DNA of 64,000 bases, taken from the NCBI GenBank assembly GCA_963706325.1, contig CAVPLT010000004.1, positions 1,056,001 to 1,120,000 on the forward strand, written 5' to 3'. Positions 8,667-18,000 of the stretch are shown here, in pieces. Each line of letters starts with the position of its first letter. Within the stretch, counting starts at the first letter, position 1. The notes under the pieces were generated by a model. The model was not told the origin of the DNA. It saw only the letters and a list, made by a program, of their open reading frames with translations, and did not search any database. The translations under genes were made by a program, and so were the position numbers. This stretch comes from an uncultured Nitrospiraceae bacterium (GTDB taxonomy: Bacteria > Nitrospirota > Nitrospiria > Nitrospirales > Nitrospiraceae).

Positions 8667-9737
8667 ATGATTATCAGCCGCACACCTTTCCGCATGTCAT
8701 TTTTCGGAGGTGGCACCGATTATCCGGTGTGGTTTCGCGAGCACGGCGGAGCTGTTCTCGCCACGACCATCGATAAGTATTGCTATATCACCTGCCGGCG
8801 TCTTCCGCCTTTTTTCGAGCACCGCACCCGCATCGCCTACTCGCGCATTGAGCTGGTGAACAATCATCAGGAGATCGAGCATCCGGCGGTACGCGGCGTG
8901 CTCAAGTATCTCAATATCAACGACGGTCTCGAAATCCACCACGACGGGGACTTGCCTGCCCGCACGGGACTGGGCTCCAGCTCCTCATTTACAGTGGGCC
9001 TGCTGCACACGCTATACGCATTGCAGCACATCATGCCGAGTAAAGCGCAGCTCGCGCAGGCGGCCATTCATGTCGAGCAGGATGTGCTGGGGGAAGCCGT
9101 CGGGTGCCAGGATCAGGTGCTTGCCGCGCAAGGCAGCCTCTGTCGGGTCAATTTTTTTCAGAACGGGGAGATCGGCCATACGCCGATCGTGATTCGGCCG
9201 GAACGGCTCGCCGCGTTTCAGGACCATCTGCAACTCTACTTCACAGGATTTTCACGGATCGCTTCCGAGGTGGCGCGTGAGCAAATCGACCGGACTAAAC
9301 AACGCCAGGGCGAACTCTTCACCATGCTGCAGATGGTCGAAGAAGGTATTGCCGTGCTCACCGGCAATCGCGATCTGGTTGAGTTCGGAACATTACTGCA
9401 TGACGCCTGGATGCTGAAACGCCGGCTGACCTCCCGCATTACCACCCCGGCCATCGACGATATTTACACCGCAGCCAGATCGGCTGGGGCGCTAGGCGGA
9501 AAATTATTGGGCGCGGGGGGCGGAGGGTTCATGTTGTTCTTTGCAAAACCTGAAGATCACCAGCGGATCCGGCTGGCCTTGCCGGGCTTGTTGCAGGTGC
9601 CGTTCAAATTCGAAGGGCTGGGGAGTCAGATCGTGTTTTATCAGGAGGACCATCTCATGCTGGATGACGTCTGGGCGCAGAGTTCGGCTCAGACGGCCTC
9701 CCAATTAAAAGCCGCTCTCATTGGAAAGGCGGCCTGA
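8667..9737 (+). CDS. hddA: D-glycero-alpha-D-manno-heptose 7-phosphate kinase (GHMP family)
   Basis: SRTPFRMSFFGGGTD, PARTGLGSSSS, GCQDQ, KLLGAGGGGF. Confidence 0.9.
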   Translation: MIISRTPFRMSFFGGGTDYPVWFREHGGAVLATTIDKYCYITCRRLPPFFEHRTRIAYSRIELVNNHQEIEHPAVRGVLKYLNINDGLEIHHDGDLPARTGLGSSSSFTVGLLHTLYALQHIMPSKAQLAQAAIHVEQDVLGEAVGCQDQVLAAQGSLCRVNFFQNGEIGHTPIVIRPERLAAFQDHLQLYFTGFSRIASEVAREQIDRTKQRQGELFTMLQMVEEGIAVLTGNRDLVEFGTLLHDAWMLKRRLTSRITTPAIDDIYTAARSAGALGGKLLGAGGGGFMLFFAKPEDHQRIRLALPGLLQVPFKFEGLGSQIVFYQEDHLMLDDVWAQSSAQTASQLKAALIGKAA

Positions 9738-9739
9738 CG

Positions 9740-10501
9740 ATGAGCGCGCTTACCGACTGCGATGTCATCATCCTGTGCGGAGGGCTGGGCACTCGGCTTC
9801 AATCCGTCGTGCAAGATCGTCCAAAATCGATGGCCGAAATTCACGGCCGCCCATTCGTTTCTCTGATCGTCGATCACTACGTGCGCCACGGCGCGCGCCG
9901 ATTCATTTTCAGCACGGGTCACCGCGGCGAGATGATCGAAGAATGGTTCGGGCGCCACCGTGGGTCCTACGACACGATGTTTATCCGCGACCCCACGCCG
10001 CTCGGGACCGGCGGAGCCCTGGCACAAGCCATGACATTGGTGCGGAGCAATCCTGTCCTGGTGCTGAACGGGGATTCTCTGTGCGAGATCGATCCGTCGC
10101 GGCTGTTGCGCTTTCATGCGCTCAAACGAGCGCGCGCGACCGTCGCGGTGACCCATCAAGAGGACCGGCCAGACACAGGATCGGTCATACTGGCCGAGGA
10201 CGATCGTGTGCTCTCGATAATTGAAAAACCACGGATTCGCATGAGCGGCTACGACAGTGCTGGAATTTATGTGATTGATCGCGCCATTTCGTCGCTCTTT
10301 CCATCCAACAGTCCTTGGTCGCTAGAACGGGACCTGCTTCCCAAACTGGTGACGCAAGGGTTCTATGGATTCGTGACCGCAAGCTCACTGTACGATATCG
10401 GCACACCCGACCGACTGGCGCGGTTTCGGGATGTCTGGCAAGAGACGTCGTCCCACCTGCCGATACACTCGCGCCACCATGCACAAGGATCGGTCGCGTA
10501 A
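9740..10501 (+). CDS. hddC: Heptose-1-phosphate guanylyltransferase-like nucleotidyltransferase
   Basis: ILCGGLGTRL, PKSMA, PLGTGGAL, VLNGDS, SLERD, YDIGTP; follows hddA. Confidence 0.82.
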   Translation: MSALTDCDVIILCGGLGTRLQSVVQDRPKSMAEIHGRPFVSLIVDHYVRHGARRFIFSTGHRGEMIEEWFGRHRGSYDTMFIRDPTPLGTGGALAQAMTLVRSNPVLVLNGDSLCEIDPSRLLRFHALKRARATVAVTHQEDRPDTGSVILAEDDRVLSIIEKPRIRMSGYDSAGIYVIDRAISSLFPSNSPWSLERDLLPKLVTQGFYGFVTASSLYDIGTPDRLARFRDVWQETSSHLPIHSRHHAQGSVA

Positions 10502-11721
10502 TGGCGCCTCGCACCGCACTCGCTGCCTCGCCCGATCACAACCTTTCCTTCTCCGATCGAGGAGAGCGATTGATCGGCCAGGAAATGTTTCGGGTGCTGG
10601 ATCGCGCTCAAACCTTGGAACGCCAGGGCCACTATATTTATCACTTAGAATTGGGCAACCCGCGTATGGCGCCTCCGCCTCAAATTATTGACGCGACCAT
10701 GCAGGCGCTTCGAGCCAAACAACTCGGTTATGCGCCAATGGCCGGCATCAGTGAGTTGCGCGCGGCAGTGGCCGCTCGATATTCACTGCTGACGGGGCAC
10801 CCGTTGACGGATGCTCATGTCGTCATCAGCCCGGCGAATCTTCTTATTCACCAATTTCTCGACATTACCTGCGATCCCGGCGATCGCCTTGTCCTGTTCA
10901 TGCCGGCATTTCCCTCCTACTTGGCCGCGGCCAGCCATTTGGGACTTCATGTCACCGCCATACCGCTGACTGAAGCAGAAGGGTTTCATCTCACGCGCGA
11001 GAGCGTGGAACAGGCACTTTCAAACAGGCCGAAAGCGATCATCCTGAACAACGCCAACAATCCAACCGGAGCCTTGTACAGCCAGGCTATTGTGCAAGAG
11101 CTTACGAGCCGCTGCGAGGAAGCAGGAATTTGGCTCTTGAGTGACGAAACCTACGCCGATCTATCCTTTGACGAGTCCTTCTCCACGCTGGCGTCCTCAG
11201 AGTCAGTCCATGTGGTGGCAATCTCCTCGTTTTCAAAGGTGTTTTCTATCCCGGGATTCCGGACCGGCTATGCGTTGGCCCATGAAGCGGTCACGACAAA
11301 ATTGGCGCTGTCCAATTCAACGCTCTATTCCTGCCTTCCCGCTTTCACTCAACTGGGTTGCCTCGCCGGACTGGGGGTCATGGACAAATACCTTGCGGAG
11401 GTTCGGGCTCGCAGCGCGCGCCTGATTGGCACTTGCGCCGACCAGATCAACCGTTCCGGAGTCTTGCGCTGCCATGCACCGGAGTCGGGATTTTATCTCT
11501 TCATCGACATCGCCAGTACCAATCTTGACGACATGACCTTTTGCCGGCGGCTGCTCGACGAACAACATACGGCTGTCACACCGGGTCGTAGCTTTGGGGC
11601 AAACTACACGTCGTTTATTCGACTGGCTACATGTGGGCAGGAGGCAGATGTTCTCGAAGGCGTCTCACGCACCATCGCTTTTGCGCAGCACGTGGGAGGG
11701 TGCCATGTCCAAGCCGCTTGA
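10501..11721 (+). CDS. Class I/II PLP-dependent aminotransferase
   Basis: LELGNP, NNANNPTG, SDETY, SSFSKVFSIPGFRTG, FIRL; ATG overlaps the hddC stop (TAATG). Confidence 0.88.
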   Translation: MAPRTALAASPDHNLSFSDRGERLIGQEMFRVLDRAQTLERQGHYIYHLELGNPRMAPPPQIIDATMQALRAKQLGYAPMAGISELRAAVAARYSLLTGHPLTDAHVVISPANLLIHQFLDITCDPGDRLVLFMPAFPSYLAAASHLGLHVTAIPLTEAEGFHLTRESVEQALSNRPKAIILNNANNPTGALYSQAIVQELTSRCEEAGIWLLSDETYADLSFDESFSTLASSESVHVVAISSFSKVFSIPGFRTGYALAHEAVTTKLALSNSTLYSCLPAFTQLGCLAGLGVMDKYLAEVRARSARLIGTCADQINRSGVLRCHAPESGFYLFIDIASTNLDDMTFCRRLLDEQHTAVTPGRSFGANYTSFIRLATCGQEADVLEGVSRTIAFAQHVGGCHVQAA

Positions 11722-13213
11722 TGTATTGCTCGTGACTCCTCCCAGCCGGGTGCAGGTCTATCAGGATCTGAGCCGGGATCTGGCGGCCATCGAGCCCCCG
11801 GTCTGGTCGGGGTTGATTGCGACCTATCTCCGGCAGCATAGCTGCTCGGTCGCCATCCTTGATGCAGAGGCTCAAGGGTTGAATCACGAACAGACCGCGC
11901 AGCAGATCGCCGCCGTCTCTCCCAGGTTGGTAGTTTTTGTGATCTATGGCCAACAACCGTCGGCCTCCACCCAATGCATGCCGGCCGGCCGGAAGGTTTG
12001 CGAGATCTTGAATACCCTCAGCGACATTCCCACCATGGTCATGGGTACGCATCCCTCAGCGCTGCCACAGCGTACCTTGCTCGAAGAACCCTATACCTAT
12101 GTTTGTCAGGGCGAAGGTCCGGCTACCATTCTCGGGCTGCTGATCGCCTTGCGCGCCCCGCAACATTCCCTGCGTGAAGTTCCTGGCCTATGGCATAGGG
12201 AAGACGGCACTCCGGTAGGGAACGCGCCGGCACCGCTCCTGACGAATCTGGACCGTGATGTGCCGGGCCAGGCTTGGGATCTTCTGGATATGACTCGATA
12301 TCGCGCTCACAACTGGCATTGCTTCGGGAATTTGGATGCGAGATCTCCCTATGCATCGTTGCAGACCAGCTTGGGTTGTCCCTTCACCTGCTCATTTTGC
12401 TGCATCAATGCGCCCTTTACCACGCCCATGTTGCGGACCTGGAGCCCGGACAACGTCATCGGCCAGATCGACCGGCTGGTCCGGGAGTATGGAATCACCA
12501 ACATCAAGATTCCGGATGAGATGTTTGTCCTGAATCGGCGGCATGTGGTCGGCATTTGCGACCGAATCATCCAGCGAGGCTACCGACTCAATATCTGGGC
12601 CTACGCGCGAGTGGATACCGTGCAGGACGAGGTGTTGGCTAAATTGGCTCGAGCAGGATTTACCTGGCTGGGCCTGGGCATTGAATCCGGCAGTCAACAT
12701 GTGAGGGACGGCGTAGAAAAAGGCCGATTCGGCGAACGTGACATCATTGCAACGGTCGACAAAATTCGTTCGTACGGCATTCATGTCGCCGCCAACTATA
12801 TCTTCGGATTACCCGACGATACCGTGGACAGCATGCGGGCGACCCTGGATCTTGCCCTCGCCCTCAATACGGAATGGGCTAACTTTTACTGTGCCATGGC
12901 CTACCCTGGGTCAGCGCTCTACGCGCTCGCGAAACAGAAACAATGGGCCTTGCCGGATGATAGGGGAGGGCCCGGCTGGATCGGCTATTCGCAACATGCC
13001 TACGACAGCCGCCCCTTGCCCACTGAATGCCTTGCGGCCACGGAGGTCTTGGCCTTCCGAGATCGCGCATTTTTAGAATATTTCGGCCACCCGCGTTACC
13101 TGAGTATGCTGCACAAGACCTTTGGGGAGCGCATCGCTGTCCATGTCAAAGAGATGTGCAGTCATCACGTGCGGCGCCGTCATCATGATGTCGCAGTCAC
13201 ACCGGCTGCCTAG
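11705..13213 (+). CDS. Cobalamin-binding radical SAM enzyme (class B methyltransferase-like)
   Basis: N-terminal B12-binding-like region (EPP, ILDAEA, MGTHPS), CPFTCSFC (CxxxCxxC), GIESGS, YIFGLPDDT. Confidence 0.9.
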   Translation: MSKPLDVLLVTPPSRVQVYQDLSRDLAAIEPPVWSGLIATYLRQHSCSVAILDAEAQGLNHEQTAQQIAAVSPRLVVFVIYGQQPSASTQCMPAGRKVCEILNTLSDIPTMVMGTHPSALPQRTLLEEPYTYVCQGEGPATILGLLIALRAPQHSLREVPGLWHREDGTPVGNAPAPLLTNLDRDVPGQAWDLLDMTRYRAHNWHCFGNLDARSPYASLQTSLGCPFTCSFCCINAPFTTPMLRTWSPDNVIGQIDRLVREYGITNIKIPDEMFVLNRRHVVGICDRIIQRGYRLNIWAYARVDTVQDEVLAKLARAGFTWLGLGIESGSQHVRDGVEKGRFGERDIIATVDKIRSYGIHVAANYIFGLPDDTVDSMRATLDLALALNTEWANFYCAMAYPGSALYALAKQKQWALPDDRGGPGWIGYSQHAYDSRPLPTECLAATEVLAFRDRAFLEYFGHPRYLSMLHKTFGERIAVHVKEMCSHHVRRRHHDVAVTPAA

Positions 13214-13234
13214 AAACAGAGGGAAGGAGTCTTC

Positions 13235-15073
13235 ATGATCAAGGTTGCGGACTTCATCATCAATACGCTGGCGGAACGGGGCATCGACAAGATGTTTGTG
13301 GTCTATGGCGCCGCCAATGGCGACTTGATCGACGCGTTCACCCGCACGGGCTCTACCGAATATGTCGCGGTGATGCATGAGCAGGCCGGAGGCTTCGCGG
13401 CAGAAGGGTATGCCAAGGTCAAAGGTCGGCCCGGAGTGGCGATCGCCACCAGCGGGCCCGGCGGAATGAATCTGCTGACCGCTATGGGAAACTGCTTTTA
13501 CGATTCTATTCCGTGCGTCTTTCTCACCGGTCAGATCAATTCGCGCTTCCTCCGACCAGATCCGTCCATCCGGCAAATTGGATTTCAAGAAACCGACATC
13601 GTGGCAATGGCGGCGCCAGTCACCAAGTATGCCAAGATGATTGTGAAGGCGGACGACGTCCGGTACGAGCTTGAGAAGGCCCTCTGGCTCAGTCAGCAAG
13701 GGAGGCCGGGGCCCGTATTGCTGGACATCCCTCTCGACATTCAAAAAACTCTCGTCGATGCCAAACAACTCATCGGGTTCGAACCACCGGCGGCCGCGAG
13801 TTTTGATCTGACGGTGGTGGATGACCAGATCGGGCGGTTCATCGCAGAACTTCAGAAGGCAGAACGGCCGGTCATTTTGGTCGGCGGTGGGGTGCGCTTG
13901 GCCGATGCGCAAGATGACGTGCGTGAACTGGGCCGTCGATTGAACGTCCCTTGTTTCCCTACCTGGAATGCGCTGGATGTCATCACCTCCGACTACGAAA
14001 ACTACGGCGGCCGCGTCGGCACCTATGGCGGAGCCGGACGCAATTTCGGCATTCAGAACAGCGACCTGTTGTTATCCATCGGCAGCCGTATTTCCGGTCG
14101 AATCACCGGAGGGAATGTGCAGAGTTTTGCGCGCCAAGCCAAGAAGTATCTGGTAGAGATCGATCCGGCCATGGTGCAGCGAAAATTTCAGCAGGTGCCC
14201 TTCGATGTCAACATTCTGTGCGATGCAAAAGTGTTTACACGGCGTCTGCTCGCCGCGCTCGATCGACGCAGCCGGCCTCTCCCTGATTACTCAGGTTGGA
14301 CGGCACAGGTCATGGAATGGAAGCGTCAGTATGACCCGGTTCGCGCGGAGTTCTTCGCCCAAGGCGAACGGGTGCATCCCTATGCGTTCATGCGGCGCTT
14401 ATCCGAAAAAATGGGCGCCACGGACATTCTGGTCGGTGATTGCGGGGGCAACATCGTCGTCAGCAACCACGCGTTCGAAACCAAGTACGGACAGCGAAAC
14501 CTGACCAACAACGGCAATTCGCCGATGGGTTTCTCCTTTGCCGGGGCCATGGGCGCGTGGTTTGCCGATCCTGCGCGTCAAGTCGTCTGCACCATCGGTG
14601 ACGGTGGATTCAATATGAATCCTCAGGAACTGCAGACTTTCGTCAACTATGGCGTCAAGGTAAAGACCTTCATCCTCAACAATCACATTTACGGCATTAC
14701 CAAGGCATACCAGGAGACGAATTTCCAAGGACGCGCGGAGGCGTGCGGGCCGAAAGGATACAACCCTCCTGACTTTTTGAAACTCGTCCAGGCGTACGGA
14801 ATCAAGACCGTGGCCCTCGGCAAACATGCCGAGATGGATGCCAAAATCGACGAGGTGCTTCAGTTCGACGGTCCGGTGGTTTGTGATGTGGACATGCACG
14901 AGTTTCACACCTATGAGCCGCGAATCTTCGGATGGAAGACTCCCATCGAAGATATGTACCCCTACCTGCCGCGTGAAGAGTTCCGAGCCAACATGGTGAT
15001 CGAACCGGCAGAGGGCTGGATGAGCCCGGAATATCCTGACGTCGTTCGCCGAAACGACCAGTCACAGCCGTAG
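13235..15073 (+). CDS. ThDP-dependent acetolactate-synthase-fold enzyme, YerE-like
   Basis: MHEQ catalytic Glu, TSGPG, GRPGPVLLDIP, GDGGFNMN...NN ThDP motif; inside a sugar-nucleotide operon with no ilvN/ilvC. Confidence 0.88.
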   Translation: MIKVADFIINTLAERGIDKMFVVYGAANGDLIDAFTRTGSTEYVAVMHEQAGGFAAEGYAKVKGRPGVAIATSGPGGMNLLTAMGNCFYDSIPCVFLTGQINSRFLRPDPSIRQIGFQETDIVAMAAPVTKYAKMIVKADDVRYELEKALWLSQQGRPGPVLLDIPLDIQKTLVDAKQLIGFEPPAAASFDLTVVDDQIGRFIAELQKAERPVILVGGGVRLADAQDDVRELGRRLNVPCFPTWNALDVITSDYENYGGRVGTYGGAGRNFGIQNSDLLLSIGSRISGRITGGNVQSFARQAKKYLVEIDPAMVQRKFQQVPFDVNILCDAKVFTRRLLAALDRRSRPLPDYSGWTAQVMEWKRQYDPVRAEFFAQGERVHPYAFMRRLSEKMGATDILVGDCGGNIVVSNHAFETKYGQRNLTNNGNSPMGFSFAGAMGAWFADPARQVVCTIGDGGFNMNPQELQTFVNYGVKVKTFILNNHIYGITKAYQETNFQGRAEACGPKGYNPPDFLKLVQAYGIKTVALGKHAEMDAKIDEVLQFDGPVVCDVDMHEFHTYEPRIFGWKTPIEDMYPYLPREEFRANMVIEPAEGWMSPEYPDVVRRNDQSQP

Positions 15074-15083
15074 GGGGACCGTT

Positions 15084-18000
15084 ATGTCGCATGGTGATAC
15101 CGGTTCGAACGAAGTCACGCCGCTGGATGTCGAGTACTACCAGTTCTGCCGTGAACAGATGCGCCCGTATTTCGGTCGCGTGATGTGGGCGTCGCAAGGA
15201 CTCCCGCTTCGCCATGTGGTGATGCAGGAGCTGGTGCGTCTGGAGGCGGCGCGTCACGGGAAAAACCCATTTCATATTCTTGAAGTAGGGTCCTGGGCAG
15301 GGGGGTCGGCCGTGACTTGGGCGGAAGCCTTAGCTAGGCACCATCGGGCCAACGGTCGTGTCCTGTGTGTCGACCCATGGAAGCCTTACTTCGATGTGGC
15401 TAAACGGCCGGCGGCTGCAGTGTACCGGGAAATGTCGGAGGCCCTCGCGAAGGATACGATCTACGAATTATTTTTGCATAACATCGCCACCGCTGGTTAT
15501 GCAGGCCTAGTCCTGCCTCTCAGAGGGGCTGCCACAGTCATGTTGCCGGCCCTTCCGCGAAATTATTTTGATCTCGTATTCGTCGATGGCGATCATTCCT
15601 ACGCGGCCGTGTTGGCTGATATCACGGCGGCCGCAGGGCTGATCAAGGATGGGGGAGTGTTGTGCGGCGATGATCTCGAGCGCCAACGCTTCGAGATCGA
15701 TGAGGCCTATGCACGCACACAGATTGAGTCGGATTACATTCGGGATCCGCGCTCAGGCCATGAATACCATCCTGGCGTGACATTGGCTGTCGGTGAATTG
15801 TTTGGTGAGGTCGCCCATGTGGCTGGATGCTGGGCTGTCCGCAAGCGTGGTACGGGATGGGAGAGATTCGACATGTCGAATGTGGCCTGTTCGCCAGATC
15901 ACATTCCCCATCACCTCACCCGCCGAGACCCGGCAGCAGATCGTGAATTTCAAGGATGGCGCGAGCGACGATACCGGCCGACGAGTCACGTTGTGGCCAG
16001 GGAACCGGAAGACCATGCGCTGACCCGGCCAGTCTCGACGGGCAGGACGGTACCTGCAGCAAGCGCCAAGCCGCGCGCCTTGTTGATTCAGTTAGAGTTC
16101 GAAACCTGGGCTACCGCACGTCCATGGACGTACAGCGCGGCCTTCGGCGTACAGGAAGGCTTGTTAGCCAACGGAGTCGAGTGTGTGACCGTTCCAGCCA
16201 TCGCCGAGAATCCCTGCGCAAGTCCGACATCCTGGGTCTACCATGCCAAGCAAGCCCTAGCGGGTCAGCACTTCGACCAAGTATGGTTGTGGCTGATCCA
16301 CACTCCGCTTGATCAGGCCATTCTTGAATGGGTCGCGGAACTCGCGCCCGTGCGAGTCGGGGTGCTGATGGAGTCTCTCCGGTACGATGCGGAAGACTAT
16401 GCCTGGGCGCCGCAGTTGAAACATCGGCAAGGACAACTCGAAGCGCAACTGCCTTATCTGACTCACGTGCTGGCTCCCGATGAGCAAGACGCGGCCGAAC
16501 TCAACAGGCACGGATCAGCCAATGCGCTCTGGTGGCCGCCGATGGTGCCGGAACGATTCATTATCCATCCCTCCGGCAGCCCTACGCAATCACAAGCCGT
16601 CTTCCACGGCACGCCCTATGGACGCCGTCGGGATTGGGTGAGCCACTCACATCTCACAGGCCGACTCCATTGCGTTAAAGCGGCGCAGCCTCAGACCAAG
16701 AACCAGCGCTTGTTCGATCAGCTGCAACAGACGGCCGCTCAGTACCTTCGTGAAGGCCACGCGGTGACCGAGGCCGCCATCCATGAATACGTTCAGGCGC
16801 TGCAACAGATCCGACTCGCCGAGTTCACTGAATGGATGGCGCACCTTCTGCAGTGGCCGGCTATTGTAAACTTACCGAGCTTGGCCAAGTTTTATGGCGG
16901 CCGTGTCATCGAGGCCATGGCGGCGGGACGGCCCGTGATTTCCTGGAGTATTCCCGATCATCCGAAGAACCTGAGCTTGTTTGAGCCGGAGAGAGAAATT
17001 CTGTTGTTCCAACAGGACGACCCGGGCGGACTTGCTCAGCATATTGATCGCATCCTGCATGATCGTCCGTTTGCCAACGCGCTGGCGCAACAAGCACAGA
17101 ACAAGATCAGGCTGTATCACACGGCCGAACGTCGACTGCAGGGCACGCTGGAGTGGATTCGAACCGGACAATTACCAGACTACGGGCAGTCGACCCACGG
17201 CGATCAACGAACATTCGAGACAGCTACGTCTAGACTGGCACAGCACCCCTCAACGAGTGACGCTATAAACCGCCGGAATGTTCGAACGCCCCAGTCATCA
17301 TTACGCGAGACGACTATGGATCAGAACGCATTTTATGTGGATCTGTTTGTCAATAAACCCGCTTGGTCAACGCCCGACCCGAATCCCGACGAGGCGGCCC
17401 GCTGGTCAAAGATCGCCTCATTTCTTGAATGTATCTTGCGGGAGGCACGGCAAAACAATCCCGAGCGAACCCTCCGGATTCTTGATGTGGGATGTGGGCG
17501 TGGATGGCTGACGAATCTTGCGACGGCCTATGGCGCATGCGAAGGAATTGAGCCGGTCGCGGGGGTGATCGAGCATGCGCGACGCATGTTTCCCCATCTC
17601 CGGTTTGAAGCTGGCACGCCCGAAACCCTATTGGCGCGATCAGACTTCAAGCCGTTCGACATCGTCCTCTGTTCGGAAGTTATTGAACATGTCCCGCACG
17701 CAAACAAACCGGTATTCGTGCAACAACTCGCGCAACTTCTCACTTCTGATGGGTATCTCGTACTGACGACACCGAGGGGAGACGTGTGGAATGAGTGGCA
17801 GAAGATCGCTCCGCCGAATCAGCCCGTGGAAGATTGGGTGACAGAGCAACAGCTCGGTCAGTTGTTAAGCGACGGGGGATTTCGTCATTTGGGCCTGGAA
17901 CGAATCCCGATCGAGGTCCCGTCATTGCGGTATTTTCCAGCCGCCACGCCCCACGATGTTCGAAGCGTGAAGCTCCTGCCGATCTATCAAGTATGGGCCT

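Noticed and set aside
13235..15073. Annotation as ilvB (branched-chain amino acid synthesis)
   Set aside because: No ilvN/ilvC, embedded in a sugar-nucleotide operon, YerE-like motifs
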